Positions 27,278 through 39,520 of a DNA stretch of 64,000 bases are shown piece after piece. The number at the start of each line of letters is the position of its first letter. Position 1 is the stretch's first letter. Origin of the DNA: Lama glama (taxonomy: Eukaryota); contig CM052816.1 in the NCBI GenBank assembly GCA_028534125.1, positions 79,114,001-79,178,000 of the forward strand, given 5' to 3'. A model generated the notes under the pieces. That model was not told the DNA's origin. It made no database searches and saw only the letters and a program-made list of their open reading frames with translations. A program made the translations under genes and the position numbers.

Positions 27278-27551
27278 ATACAAATCTGCAGTGGTGGCCG
27301 CCAGCATCATCTGAAGCACCCACCCTTTGGGCCCCATCTCTATTGGCTAGTGGGCTGGATCGACCGCATCCTCCAGACAGGGGTGCAGTGCACTTCAAGC
27401 TCCACGCCCTCCAGCAGCCGTGGCATGAGCAGTACCTGCTTGACGTCCTCTTGTTCCTGCTGGTGGTCACCCTGGGCACCGCGTGGCTCTGTGGGAAGCT
27501 GCTGGGCCTGGTGGCCAGGTGGCTGTGTGGGGCCACCTGAAGATGACCTGA
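27278..27551 (+). pseudogene. UGT3A pseudogene, terminal (transmembrane) exon relic
   Basis: caacag acceptor; YKSAVVAASII* (TGA 27312-27314), frameshifts around LVGWIDRILQTG, then HFKLHALQQPWHEQYLLDVLLFLLVVTLGTAWLCGKLLGLVARWLCGA. Confidence 0.92.
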
Positions 27552-30500
27552 TGCCAAGAACTACCTTGGGGGTCTGTATTGATGTGTGTGTGTAGAGGTC
27601 ACCATTTTTTTGGAGTCTGCCACCAGTTCTAGCAACCCCTGTTATCCGTGTCATATCTACTTGCTAATTTTGCTACAAATTCCTGCTCACTGGCTTCTTC
27701 TATGATTGGAGTTTATTTGGTACTTGTGGCCTTTTTTATTTGCCAATCAGCAAGGGCTGTTCCGTGATTCTGTCCCTGGGTAATTCGTACAAACAACCCT
27801 CAGATTTTAATCCTTGAAACTCGCCTTCCTTCTCACACACTAAGTGCCTCTTTAGGGCACTCAGAGGGGAACTGAGACAACATTCTAGCTTCCACGCTGA
27901 TGTCTTCTTAGCCTTTTCTCCTCACTCTTGCCACCATCATTTTTCATGGAATAACAGACAGACGCTATGCAAATTCTTTGCTTTTCTATTTGCTTCTCCA
28001 GAAAACTCCCATTAAAGCCTAGGAAGCTACAAATACCCCTTTGATCAGGAAAGAATACGTTTTCACAGAGTTATCTTCCCCCTCCACCTGGCTAAGAGTC
28101 TCTGTCTTCATTGCCCAGAATTCTGTCACCGGGCATGCAAGGCTGTAAGGGCAAACCTCTGCAGTGGCAGCTGCTGAGGACTATGGGATCTGGAAGTGGG
28201 TGTCAGGTTGACTAACCTATCGTGTCTGAAGGACACGACATATGGTCAAAGAACACTCTACGGTGCTGGACTCATCAAAGCAGAATTTTCTATTCTGTTT
28301 CTGTTCTGATATTTTGTCCTGGTCTATAGTTATACACCAAAGCAGCAAACAATCTTGGACATAATGAAAATAATAACTGTGCTCTCTTGGTGATGGTCTC
28401 TGGCTGGGCCTGAGGAAGCACCTGGCTTGGAATTGGCCTTAATGACTTTCTAAGTGTGATGGGGACCACAGGCAGGGAGAAGGAGGGGATGATCTCTGTC
28501 AGAGCCACAGCCTTGATTTCTGTGCAGATGAGAGAAGAGGGGGTGGAATTGTAGCTGGTGATTCCAAGGACAGTACAGAGAGGGAGGTATGCTGTCCCTC
28601 AGGGGACGATTGCCATAAAGGAGTGGGAACTAAGCCTTCATGGTTTAAGGAGGGTGAAAGTTGCCTTATTTAAAGTTTTGTAGAAAAGGTGATTTGCAAA
28701 TGGATTCTCTTTTCAGTTAGCACAGCTCTGAGAACTTCTGTGCAAAAGAATTTGCACAAGTGATAGGGTTAAGAATCAACCTCAAAATGTCCCCACATGT
28801 GTGGGAGAATGGGGACTTTAGACTCATTAATAGGTGCTAGACTTCACCTGAGCATTCATGCATACTGTTCCCTCATTAAGCCTATCCCACTCTTTGCTAA
28901 TGTCCTCCCCTTTCGCATTAAGATTTGTAAAATGCTGGCGCAGCTATCAGGACTGAGGAAGCGGAACATGCCACAAGGACTTTTTCCTTGCTTTGCCCTC
29001 CACAAACTACAGGGAATTCAATGCTATTTATACTATAAAGAAAATCAACCACCACAAGCAAAGAAAACCCACACCACACCTTTCCATAAGTGGAAGACTT
29101 AACCGTCAAATTTTAGCAGCGCTCCCTCCTAAGCTCCTGCTACAAAGCATTGTGGAGACCTAGCAAGTCCAGAAAAATAGTCCAGAAAAATAGTCCAGAA
29201 AAGACAAAAGGGCCATAGAAAGCCCAAGGATGAGCTAAAATTTTGCCTGGAAAATCTACATTCTGTATAAAAATCCTAAAAAAAAGAGTCGTGGTAGATC
29301 AAAGCTATGGCAACAGGAAAGGGACAAAAAAGCATGAGCGACCCAAGGTAGCAGCCTTGGAGATGCTTCATTTCTGAGAGAGGAGAGGGTAAAAGGGAAG
29401 GGAAGCACTCTTTGGATGCTGCTGGGTGGAAAAAAAAAAAAAAAGCAACTAGAGAAAATGTGGGACCCGCAGGACAACAGGAAACCAGAAGTTTGGACAA
29501 TATAAACCCTTAAGCCCATCACCAGGAAATAAAAGCCACACATTAAGGAGACTGTAGTTGCAGATTATCCGCACATCATTAGGTATCTACGTCTGCCTGT
29601 CACTGGATAGTGATATCATTCACTATGTTGTGAAGAGGAGGATGAATGAAATAGTGATTCTTTTCCCACTATTAAAATACTCAATTAAAATGATATGTAC
29701 AGTATATGGACAGACTCATTCATATGTCTGACTTGTTTCATATCTACCAAAAATGAGCAAATTTAGAATGTTTGCCTGCCTGACAATTTCTTTTTGCTCA
29801 AATGTGAAATGGCATATTGAACCTGTGGCAGATGTCTCCATTAACTGGTCCCCAAATGGACTGGGATGATGAAAACTAAGAAACTGTATTAATTATGGAA
29901 ATTGATCCTTTAGGAACAAAACTGACCAAAGATCTTTTTTTCCCTCTTGATAACCTTATCTATTCATAGTTGAACCTATCGAGTTCAATAGACTTGATTA
30001 AAAACATCAAACAGATTGTCAGAGACACATCTAAAACGTGAGGATACAAGAGGATTGGCTATAAAAAGATAGAAAAAGAGAAGTCATGTTACACTAATGG
30101 AAAAAATAAAACATGAATAGCTAGGAACAACATCAGACAAAATAGATTAGATGAAAAGCATTATTAGAGACAAAATTGGTATTTTCATAATGAAGATGAG
30201 TTGTTTCACTGGGAACATATGGTACCTGACACTGTTATTGTAAATGTGTATGCATCTAAATATTGTGTTCCTATTTCTCTGATACTCATAAAATTTTAGA
30301 GTTCGTTTGAATTATGCCACCTAAAATTTTAATACCCCTGATACCTGACCCTTCACATATCCTTCCCTGTGTGATTTTTCTTAATAGCATTTGCCATTAT
30401 ATACTATGTATTTTATTGCCTATTGTGTTTAGCATCTGTCTGTCTAGCAGAACAGGAACACAATTAGCTATTGATAAAATTGCTGAATAAATTAGTAAGT

Positions 30501-30789
30501 TTGGAGTTGGATTAAAAAATCCTTTATTTTGCTAATGCACTATGAGAGGTACAAGAATAGATGGGATGGAAACTAGTGATGCTGGCAAAGACCCACTTCT
30601 CTCTCTTTCACCACAATGGCCACGACTATGTGAAGGATGCCCAAGCATGTAAGAATGTAATGCTTTCTATTCAGGTGGAAAAATAAAGACCTGTAGATAG
30701 AAGATATAGTATAAACAGAATTCAAGGACTCATTTCAACTTGTAGACATGAACTCCATTGAAGGCTTTTGTTTTCTACTTGTTTTTAAA

Positions 30790-32015
30790 AATTAATTAAA
30801 AAATTTTATGAGGTATAATTGAAATACAACATTACATTAATTTCAGGTGTATAACATAAAGATTTGATATTTGTGTGTATTGCAAAGTGAGCACCACAAT
30901 AAGTCTAGTTAACATCCATCACCTCACATAGTTACACATTTTTTTGTTGTGATGAGAACTTTTAAGATTTACTCTTTTAGCAACTTCAAAAGGCAAGACA
31001 GTATTATTAACTATAGTGGCCATGCTGTTCATTACATCGCCATGACTTATGTATTTTATAACTGGAGCTTTCTGCCTTTTGACCTCCTTCACCCATTTTT
31101 GCCTACCTCCCACCTCTTGCCTCTGGCAACCACCAATCTATTCCCTGTATCTATATGCTCATTTTTTGTTTTGTTTTTCTTTTAGATTTCCCATGTAAGT
31201 GAGATCATAAGTTACTTGTCTTTCTCTGTCTGGCTTATTTCACTTAACATGATGCCCCCAAGGTCCATCCACAAATAGCAAAATTTCGTTCTTTTCGTGG
31301 CTGAATAATATTCCATTATATAAATATATCTATATACTTCATCATCTTTTCACATTCATCTATTGAGGAACAGCAGCTTAGGTTGTTTCCACATCTTGGC
31401 TAATGTGAATAACACTGCAATGAACAAGGGAGTACAGATGTCTCTTCACGATAGTGATTTCATTTCTTTCAGATAAATACGCAAAAGTGGAATTACTGGA
31501 TCATATGGTAGTTCCATTTTAAATTTCTTGAGGCCCTCCATACTGTTTTCCATAGGGGCTGCACCAATTTTTATTCCCACCAACAGTGCACAAGGGTTCC
31601 CTTTCTCCACATCCTCACTAACACTTGTTATTTCTCGTCTTTTTGATAATGGCCATTCTAAAAGGTGTGAATATCTCATTTTCGTTTTAGTTTACACTTC
31701 CCTGACAATCATTGATGTTGAGCACCTTTTGGCCATTCGTATGCCTTTTTTTGGATAAACGTCTATTCATATCCTTTGTCCAAGGATATGTTTTTAATTG
31801 ATTTTTTTGTTATTGAGTTGTATGAGTTCTTTGTATATTTTGGATATTAACCCCTTAATAGATGATTTGCAACTTTTTTTTTTTTTACCATTCTGTAGGT
31901 TGCTTTTTCATTTTGTTGATGAAATATTTCCTTTGCTGTGCAGGAGCTTTTTAGTTTGATGTATTCCCACTTGTTTATTTTTGCTTTTGTTGCCTTTGCT
32001 TTGGGTGTCAAATCT
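30790..32015 (-). mobile_element. 5'-truncated L1, antisense
   Basis: ORF 31446..31679 (-) with [15 protein letters not shown] (ORF2p C-terminus); 3' tail ttttatgaggtataattgaaatacaac. Confidence 0.88.
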
Positions 32016-32669
32016 TAAAAAACAGAGGCAGAATTACACAATGACCCCAGCTTGTTCCTGAGAAGACTCTGGAAAGATTTCTAGACCTATTTTGTGAAGC
32101 TCATTCAGAATTAGAGGTTCAGTCCTCCAGGTGCCCACCTGGACTTCAGAATTAGGACTCTTAACACCTCTTCATGAATAAATTACCTCCTTATGAGGTG
32201 TTCAAAACTATAATCCAGGAAAGGTAGGTCAAGTTCCCTTGGGGACTTGCTTAGGGAGGTCTCGAGTTGAGGACACTAGCAGAGTTTTAAGCAGGCACCT
32301 GGGGAAATAGACCATGGGGATGGCAGTATGAAATAATTAGAGCCGTTAGGAGGTGGGGGTACCATAAATTCGGGGAAGCGTCCATAAAACTGAGATAGGT
32401 TCAAGTCACTTGGAGGTGGAGCTGTCAGCCACGTGATTTCACAAGGTCCTTACCATTCCTGATTCAGAGTATTGTCCAGACAGGGAGGACGAAGATTATG
32501 TGGACAGCAATGGGTTAAGGATCAACTCACTGACCCCTCCTTTCCGCTACCCAAATGTAGGGAGGATGAGGACAGAATATCCAAAGGTGTCCGCCCTGAG
32601 GGAGGAGGGCAGGAAGGGACAAACAGAAGGGAAGACGGGCAGGATCAGCTCTTACCTTTCCCCAAGTTT

Positions 32670-33115
32670 CCAGACCGCGCCTTTCCTTCACTGCCTGAGC
32701 GCCTTCTGTTCCCGGCGCAACATTTTCCTTCGCCCCGCGCGCGGGACGCGGGGCGCGGAGCACAGGACACTCTCAGCACAGGACGCTCAGCACAGGGCTC
32801 GGCTCCGCAGCTTCAACACGGAGCGAGGATGCGGGGACAGCGGGTGCTGCTTCTCGTCGGATTCCTACTGCCTGGGCTCCTGCTTTCAGAGACCGCCAAA
32901 ATCCTAACTCTGTCCCTGATGGGTGAGTGAGCGGCTAAAGATCCAGAGACAGGTCTGTCCCAGGCACCCGCGCCAGGGCTCAGGCAAACAGCCCTTGGTC
33001 CATGTGTTTTTCCAGTCTGGGCGGATTTGTTTCCCCGGTCGGCCGGCGGATGAAAAGGTGGGAGCCCTTAGTGTGGGCAGAAAAGGGGCCCTGCCGCCAC
33101 CGAGGTAGACGGGAT
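32670..33115 (+). promoter_or_regulatory. CpG-rich promoter/first-exon region of UGT3A copy A
   Basis: Dense CpG (cgccccgcgcgcgggacgcggggcgcgg) just upstream of the ATG in an otherwise CpG-poor window. Confidence 0.75.
32829..32922 (+). CDS. UGT3A2: UGT3A copy A (UGT3A2-like) exon 1, signal peptide (MRGQRVLLLVGFLLPGLLLSETAKILTLSLM)
   Basis: ATG 32829, gtgagt donor, 94 nt. The A2 label rests on position next to LMBRD2 and exon-3 residues; orthology uncertain. Confidence 0.85.
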
Positions 33116-35036
33116 AGTTTGAAGAAAACAGGAGTACCCTCTCCTCTCTCTTGCTGCTCAGTTTACGCTCTCCATAGTGCGGAGCTTGGGCCAGAAGTTT
33201 GAGATCCAGCCCAGTGCAGGAGACCTCCGGACTCCTCCTCCAGGGCGCAGGCTGGAAATTCAGAGGCTCACAACTTCTGAAGCTCACACGATTGTGGCTA
33301 GCTAGCGTTTGCAGCCTCTTAGAGGCCAAGGAAAGGTGCTCCTGGGGGCAGCACTGGTAATTTTCTGAGGCTGCATAGGAGCTAGGTGGAGCAGGGAAGA
33401 GTTTTCAATGACAATTAGGAGAGTGGAGTGTTTTCATCCACAGGAATGTATCAAGATACAGGGGTAATCATAGGGTAATAAAGTCTTCCCTAAGACTTTA
33501 TTTTAACCCACTGTGGGCTCTCTTAGACCACTTTTAGATCACTGAGACTTGGGTATCTTAGAGCTGGAAGGAACCACTGATCATCTAATCCAGTTCCCAG
33601 TATGTTTTTCTGAGCAGGAAACTAAGGGTCAGGGAAGTGAGGCGCCTATTGCAAGAGCACAGCAGACCTCCCTAATGGTACATACCAATATGTACTCAGG
33701 GTTTCTTACCCAAATACCATTCTCCCCGAGCTTCCGCTGTCACCCACCTTTCAGTGGGGAGTTTCAAAATCACTCTTTAACTCCATTCGAAATCTTTTTT
33801 CTTTCTGACTGACTGTGGTGATAATGCAAAAGAACTCCCTCACGCCCTGAAAGTACACTGTTCTCCTTCCGCAGACTCTGAGAGGGAGCTGGTGTGGTTT
33901 GTGAAGTGCGGGAAGCCACGCCTGCGCCCCAGAATGTGCTGGGGCTCACCAAGACCCTCCGCGATTGGGTGAACCCGCCATCACCCCTTCTTCCTGACCC
34001 CCAGGTCTTAGGATTAAAATGTGGGCAAGAGGATTTCTACTTTATTATTTCCTGTTACTGCAGATTATACAAGTCTATATATTAAAAATTTGGAAATTAG
34101 CTACTCACTGTTTCTCTAGCTCTATACCCCTCTAACCTCAATCTCCAGACTCTTGTCATTTGCCATTATCTTCTTTCCTGATTTGGCCTCTCTGCTGCTG
34201 AGACCCTTAGATTCAAGCCAAGTCCCTGTGTTGGAGCAGTTCTAAGAGAAGAGGTTAGTGCGATGGAGCACGTGCCTCTCCCAAGGGTGAAGCTTCTCTT
34301 AGAATCCCAGGATTGTCCTAGGATGGGGGATGCCCCAGTCTCCCATGCATTTAGGGTCCTGCAGGTCTGTCCCACGGGCCCCACAGTTATCTTGCATGTC
34401 TTAATGGATGTGAAAAATTCAGGCCCTAACTGAGAAACTTCTGCCCAACACATTTGAATCTCAAGCATTTTGGCTCTAAATGGTGGCCCCACATCCTTCT
34501 GCTTCAATGGCTGCTTCTTGGACTCACATTCAAGCACCCATATTTCTGGCTCCTACTCTAGCATGCCTTTCCAGAGAGAAGGATTCCAGAAATAGCTCCA
34601 GTTGATTGTCCATTAGGAACCCTTCACACTCACATGCATAGGACTGTGCCCAAATTTCCACCAGTGTAGTTGTTTCTTTAGGACACAGTGTCTCCATAAG
34701 TCCCTGGCTAAAAGGCAGAGTGTGTACCTTAGGATCAGGAATTCTTTAGGGCCTTAAAATGAAAAGCTTCTCACACTGACAGGAGACCAGAGTCACAAGA
34801 AGGAAACTTCTTTGATGGCAGTTTGCCACATGTCAAGGCCAGCAGGCCAGCAGGCTCTGGGTGGGTGGGCGAGGGCTCACTCAAAATGAGCTGGAGAGAC
34901 TGACTGATGAAACTCATTTCCTCTACTTCCCACCAACTTTCTGTTTCCCTACCTGGCCCCCTCCTGGATTTATCAGCATCAATCTTAGGACCTCTTCGCT
35001 TATCATTATAAAAAGGAAGTTGTGCATTGTTCCTAG

Positions 35037-35138
35037 GTGGAAGCCATTTCCTACTGATGGACCGGATCTCTCAGATTCTTCAAGACCACGGTCATAATGT
35101 CACCATGTTTCTCCAGAGAGGAAATTTATTGCTATCAG
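35037..35138 (+). CDS. UGT3A2: UGT3A copy A exon 2 (GGSHFLLMDRISQILQDHGHNVTMFLQRGNLLLS) with catalytic His
   Basis: tcctag acceptor, gtatcc donor, 102 nt; UGT SH and GHNVT motifs. Confidence 0.88.
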
Positions 35139-36124
35139 GTATCCTTTCTCATGAACTCTTAATTTGGTGTATTCCAGGCAAAGAACAACAATGTCTTTTG
35201 CATAGAAGGGCTTTTCAAGTAGTTTATTTAAAAAACTAAAACAATATTGTAAATTGACTATACTTCCATTTTTAAAAAGATATGATAACACAGGAAAAAA
35301 AAATCACCCTTCCCCAAAAGTCTAAGTGGATTGAAAGAATGAAAAGGGTGGGTGTGTGCATATATGTGTTTGTGTGTGTGTGCATATGTGCGTTTGTGTG
35401 TGTGTGTTTATGTAAGGTATAGGAAAACTTCTGGGCTCTGTCCACCAGGACTCCACACTCTGTAGTCCCATTTTCTCCTCCCTTACTGGACTTCTACTCC
35501 ATCCCAAGCAACCCTGAACACATTGTCACAGACTGCTTTGATAAATACTACTTTATAATTTGGCTTGAAAATCTGTTGACCAGATGTATTATTCATATAT
35601 GAGCTTTCTAATAGGTAAGGATCACTTTTATTTTTCTATAGCATAAATGACATCTCCTCTTATGATATCTGAAATTTAAAGAAGCTTTCTCAGGGAGTCC
35701 CTTATTTGTGCAGCTAAGATCAGAATCTATCATTGAGATGATCTGTTTTCTTGAAAAATCAGTGCCTGCCCATGAGTTTGTGTATACTGATGTAGGAAGT
35801 GCCTAAAATCTAAAGAATTTAGCAAAAATGAGCTCATAAATTTTATCAACTCCTCTCTGTTGTCAGAGAAGGAAATGGCAGCTCTGAGAACGCAAATGAT
35901 TAACTCAAAGTCACGTGGCAGGTTAATAACAGCATTGAGTGGATTTAGGACTTTAAGCTCTGGATTGCTCACTTTGAAGTATTGCTCAGGCTTTGACTTT
36001 AAAAAAATCCATTATTAAGCAGCGTCTTTGAGGAACAAAATTCTGAGAAGTTACAAAACTTTGAAGGTGACTTCAGGCTTTGTAATTGTTCAGATTGTTA
36101 AAATAATTTTTTTCCATTGAAATT

Positions 36125-36640
36125 TAAGTTTTTTTTAATTGTGGCAAAATATACATAAATGAAATTGACTGTAACCATTTTTGTGTATAGTTTAGTGACT
36201 TTAAGTACATTCACGTGGCTGTGCAACTATCTCTGCCATCCACCTCCAGAACTTTTTCATCATCTGAAACTGGAACTCTGTACCCATTAAACAGTAACTG
36301 CCCAGTACTCATTGCCCAAGCCCCTGGTAAAGACAATTTACTTCTCTAATAATTTGACTATTCTAGATACATCACATAGATGAAATCATAAAATATTTGT
36401 CCTTTTGTATCTTGCATATTTCACCTGGAATAATGTCTTTTAGGCTCATTCATGTTGTAACATGTGTCCTAACTGCATTACTTTTTAAGGCTGAATAACG
36501 TTCCATTGTATGTATATATCACATTTTGTCTGTTCACCTGTTGATGGACATTTCTGTTGTTTCCATCTTTTGGATATGTGAATAATGCTGCTATGAATAT
36601 TGGTGTACAAATATCTGTTTGAGTCCCTACTTAAAACCAT
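36125..36640 (-). mobile_element. L1 3'-end fragment, antisense
   Basis: ttttaattgtggcaaaatatacataa...aataatgctgctatgaatattggtgtacaaatatctg; absent at the paralogous intron position near 54070. Confidence 0.8.
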
Positions 36641-37257
36641 TTCAAGCACCTTCTAGATTAAGTTCTGTTTTCGTCACTGAGCATGTTTTATATTTGTATC
36701 CTCTTGCATCTTCCTCGACAGCAGATCTGATGAAATAACTGTAGTGTATTAAAATTTAATTTTAAGAATTACAGTTTAATCTAATTAAAATTTTTAATTA
36801 AATTAAGTTAAATTAAATTTTTAGGTTAAAAATAATTTTGGCATGAACGTTGAGAAATTACTGAAACTATCTTTTACCCCTTTAGCCAATAAATGTACGC
36901 CCAAATCTATAAACAATTCAGGGAGCTTATGGATCCCTTCCATTTTATTCTTAGGTTCCAGGTTTAAGTGCCTAGAGTTTCTTTCAATATTCCCTAATCG
37001 TGGGCATTCCCGAGGCTTTGAAACACTATATTCCTTCTTCGCTTGAGTAGCAGATCTAGGCTAGACACCTGCAAATCAGGGAAATACATGGTTAGGTTAT
37101 TATTTCTGACCTGATGCTTATTTCAGTGTATTGAAATGTTTGAGCCATTTATTAACTCCTAATCTGAGTATGTTTCCCCATCTCATTTATTTATTAACAC
37201 CTTTAATAAAGAAATGGCATCAGTGCACTGAGGAAGCTGACCTTCAATCCTTAGTCT

Positions 37258-39520
37258 ATATTTGCCTTTCCTAATGGGATTTTCCCTTTCCTATAAGTTA
37301 TTTTTTACCATTTAGAGAACACCCTTCAGTGTTTTAGGGTAAGTTTAGTATTGCTGAATTCTTTTTGTTTTTGCCTGCCTGAGAAGATGTTTATCTCTCC
37401 TTCTGTTCTAAATGATAATCTTGCTTCAGAGAGGGTCCTAGGTTGCAGAGGCTTTTCTGTTTCAGCAGTTTGAATATATCATGCCACTCCCTTCTGACCT
37501 GCAAAGTTTCTGCAGAGAAATCAGCTGATATGGGCATTCCTTTGTATGTGACTTGTTTTTGTTCTTACTGCCTTTAGAATTCTCTCTTTATCTTTCCCTT
37601 TTGCCATTTCAATTATGATATATCTTGGTGTGGGTCTGTTTGGGTTTATCTTGTTTAGGACCCTCTGTGCTTCCTGTACCTGGATATCTTTTCCTTCTTT
37701 AGGTTTGGAAAGTTTTCAGCCACAGTTTCTTCAAATGCATTTTCAATGCCCTTTTCTCTCTCTTCTAGAACCCTTATAATGCAAACGTTGGCATGGTTAA
37801 TATTATCCCATAGATCACATATGTTGCTTTTTTTTTCGATTTGTCTTTCTGTCTGCTGCTCTGATTGGATGATTTCCATTATTCTATCTTCCAGATCACT
37901 TTACATGTTCTTCTTTGTCATTTAGTCTGCTACTTACTGCTTCTAGAGGGCTTAAAAAAAAACTCAGATATTGAATTCTCTATTTTTGATTGAGTTTTCT
38001 TTATATTATATTATATTATATTATATTATATTATATTATAACCTTAACCCTAGTTCCTTGTTCAAATAATCTGTGCTTAGATCAATTCTCTTTCCTAATT
38101 CAGTTAGCATTTTTATTACCAACATTTTGAATTCATTGTCTGGCAGATTATTTATCCCTGTTTCATTATTTTTTCAGGGGTTTTCTCTTGCTTTTCAATT
38201 GAGAGTAGTTTGTCTGCCTTTTCATTTTACTTAACTTTCTCTGTCTCTATGAATCATGGTCTTGAAGAGCTGATCTCTTGTGGGAGCATCCCTAGGTACC
38301 AAATGTGCCAGTGCCTTTGATGGGAGGGCTGGATTTGATGTGGAGGCCAGTCATGTCTTTCCTCCAGGTGTGCTGATGGTCATCACCTTGGTAGAGAAAG
38401 AGCTGGTGTTGGAGGAGGCTGTACAGGGTGTGAGATGGGACTTCCTCTCTGCTCAGTGGCCATTACTTGCCTGTCAGGAATGGGGTTTACTCTCAAGTTG
38501 TTAGTGGGGAATCCTTAAGGGTCAGCTTATGCTGGCTCTGTTCTCTGTAAGCGTGTGTTTTTCCTTCTTCTCACACTGGGGCCTTTACCCCAAAGAAGGG
38601 GAGTGTCGAAGCAAGTGGGGCTTGGGTGCTTACAGAGATCTGATGCACTGCCTGCTTGGGGGTCTGCAGCTCCGCCTAGATGCAGCCAGGATCCTGTCTG
38701 TTCCCCTCCTGTGGCTGCCTCAGATCTAGTGTGAGGCTGCTGGTGTGGAGTGGGCGGGGCCAGAGCAATTGCTTGACTGGGACTGGAGAGCATGGCATGG
38801 TGGTTGTGGGAGTTCAAGTGGCCACGCTGCCGTCAGAAGTCTGGGCTGCTTCTGGTGTGCCATCTGAGTAAGCACCAACAGTGGCTACTGCTTCCCCACC
38901 TGGGCCACATCCTGGGGTCCTGGGTCACCTCTGCATCCCTAGACTGAGTCTTTTCCCAGATCCTGGCCACCCTAGATCCAGTGCCAGGCTGTGGTGTGGA
39001 GTGAGTGAGGCTGGGTGTGTGCTCGGCTCAGACTCAGAGTGCAGCACGGTGGCGGCCGCTAGGGCAGACCTCTGTCCACCCTGTCTGGGGCCAGCCAGCA
39101 CCTGGACACTGCTCACAAGTGGAGGCTAGGTTTCTCCAGCCTTTATGTATGTCCCAGAGGCTCTCCAAGCAGCCGGGGCGGAGGGGAGGACTTTTCTCCT
39201 ATGCATAGGACATTAGGGCTGGGACACCCAGTCTGTGGCTTGACTTGCTCGCTCCTGAGGGTGAGTGTCCACCTGTGCAATCTCCTGTTTCCTCTGAGTT
39301 CCCTCCCGGGGCACAGATGCGAACGTGGGGCTTTCCTTCCTGTCCTACCTGACGATGTGTGTCTCCTTCTTATGTCCTTGATTGTATAGAAGTCCTTCTA
39401 CTAGTTTGGTTAGTTTTTCACGAGACTTGTTCCACATGTATGTATATATATATTTTTGATGTGTTTGTGGGGGGAGGTGAGCTCTACATCCTCTTACTCC
39501 CCCATCTTGATCTCCCTCCT
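37258..39520 (-). mobile_element. L1 5' part (ORF1 and GC-rich 5' UTR), antisense; (TTATA)8 microsatellite at 38001-38040
   Basis: ORF 37655..37879 (-) DLWDNINHANVCIIRVLEEREKGIENAFEETVAENFPNL is L1 ORF1p; GC-rich 38280-39520. Confidence 0.8.

Noticed and set aside
27184..27540. 118-aa ORF with a transmembrane segment as an independent gene
   Set aside because: TTG start; only the last ~50 residues are UGT-derived, reached through pseudogene frameshifts.
29166..29201. agtccagaaaaat x3, plus small duplications at 23033-23061 and 54140-54185
   Set aside because: Ordinary slippage duplications with no spacers; not CRISPR-like, and the DNA is mammalian.
32472..32828. 119-codon in-frame extension upstream of the copy A ATG
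   Set aside because: TTG start, GC-rich promoter context, would bury the signal peptide, and the ORF track shows no equivalent open frame in copy B.
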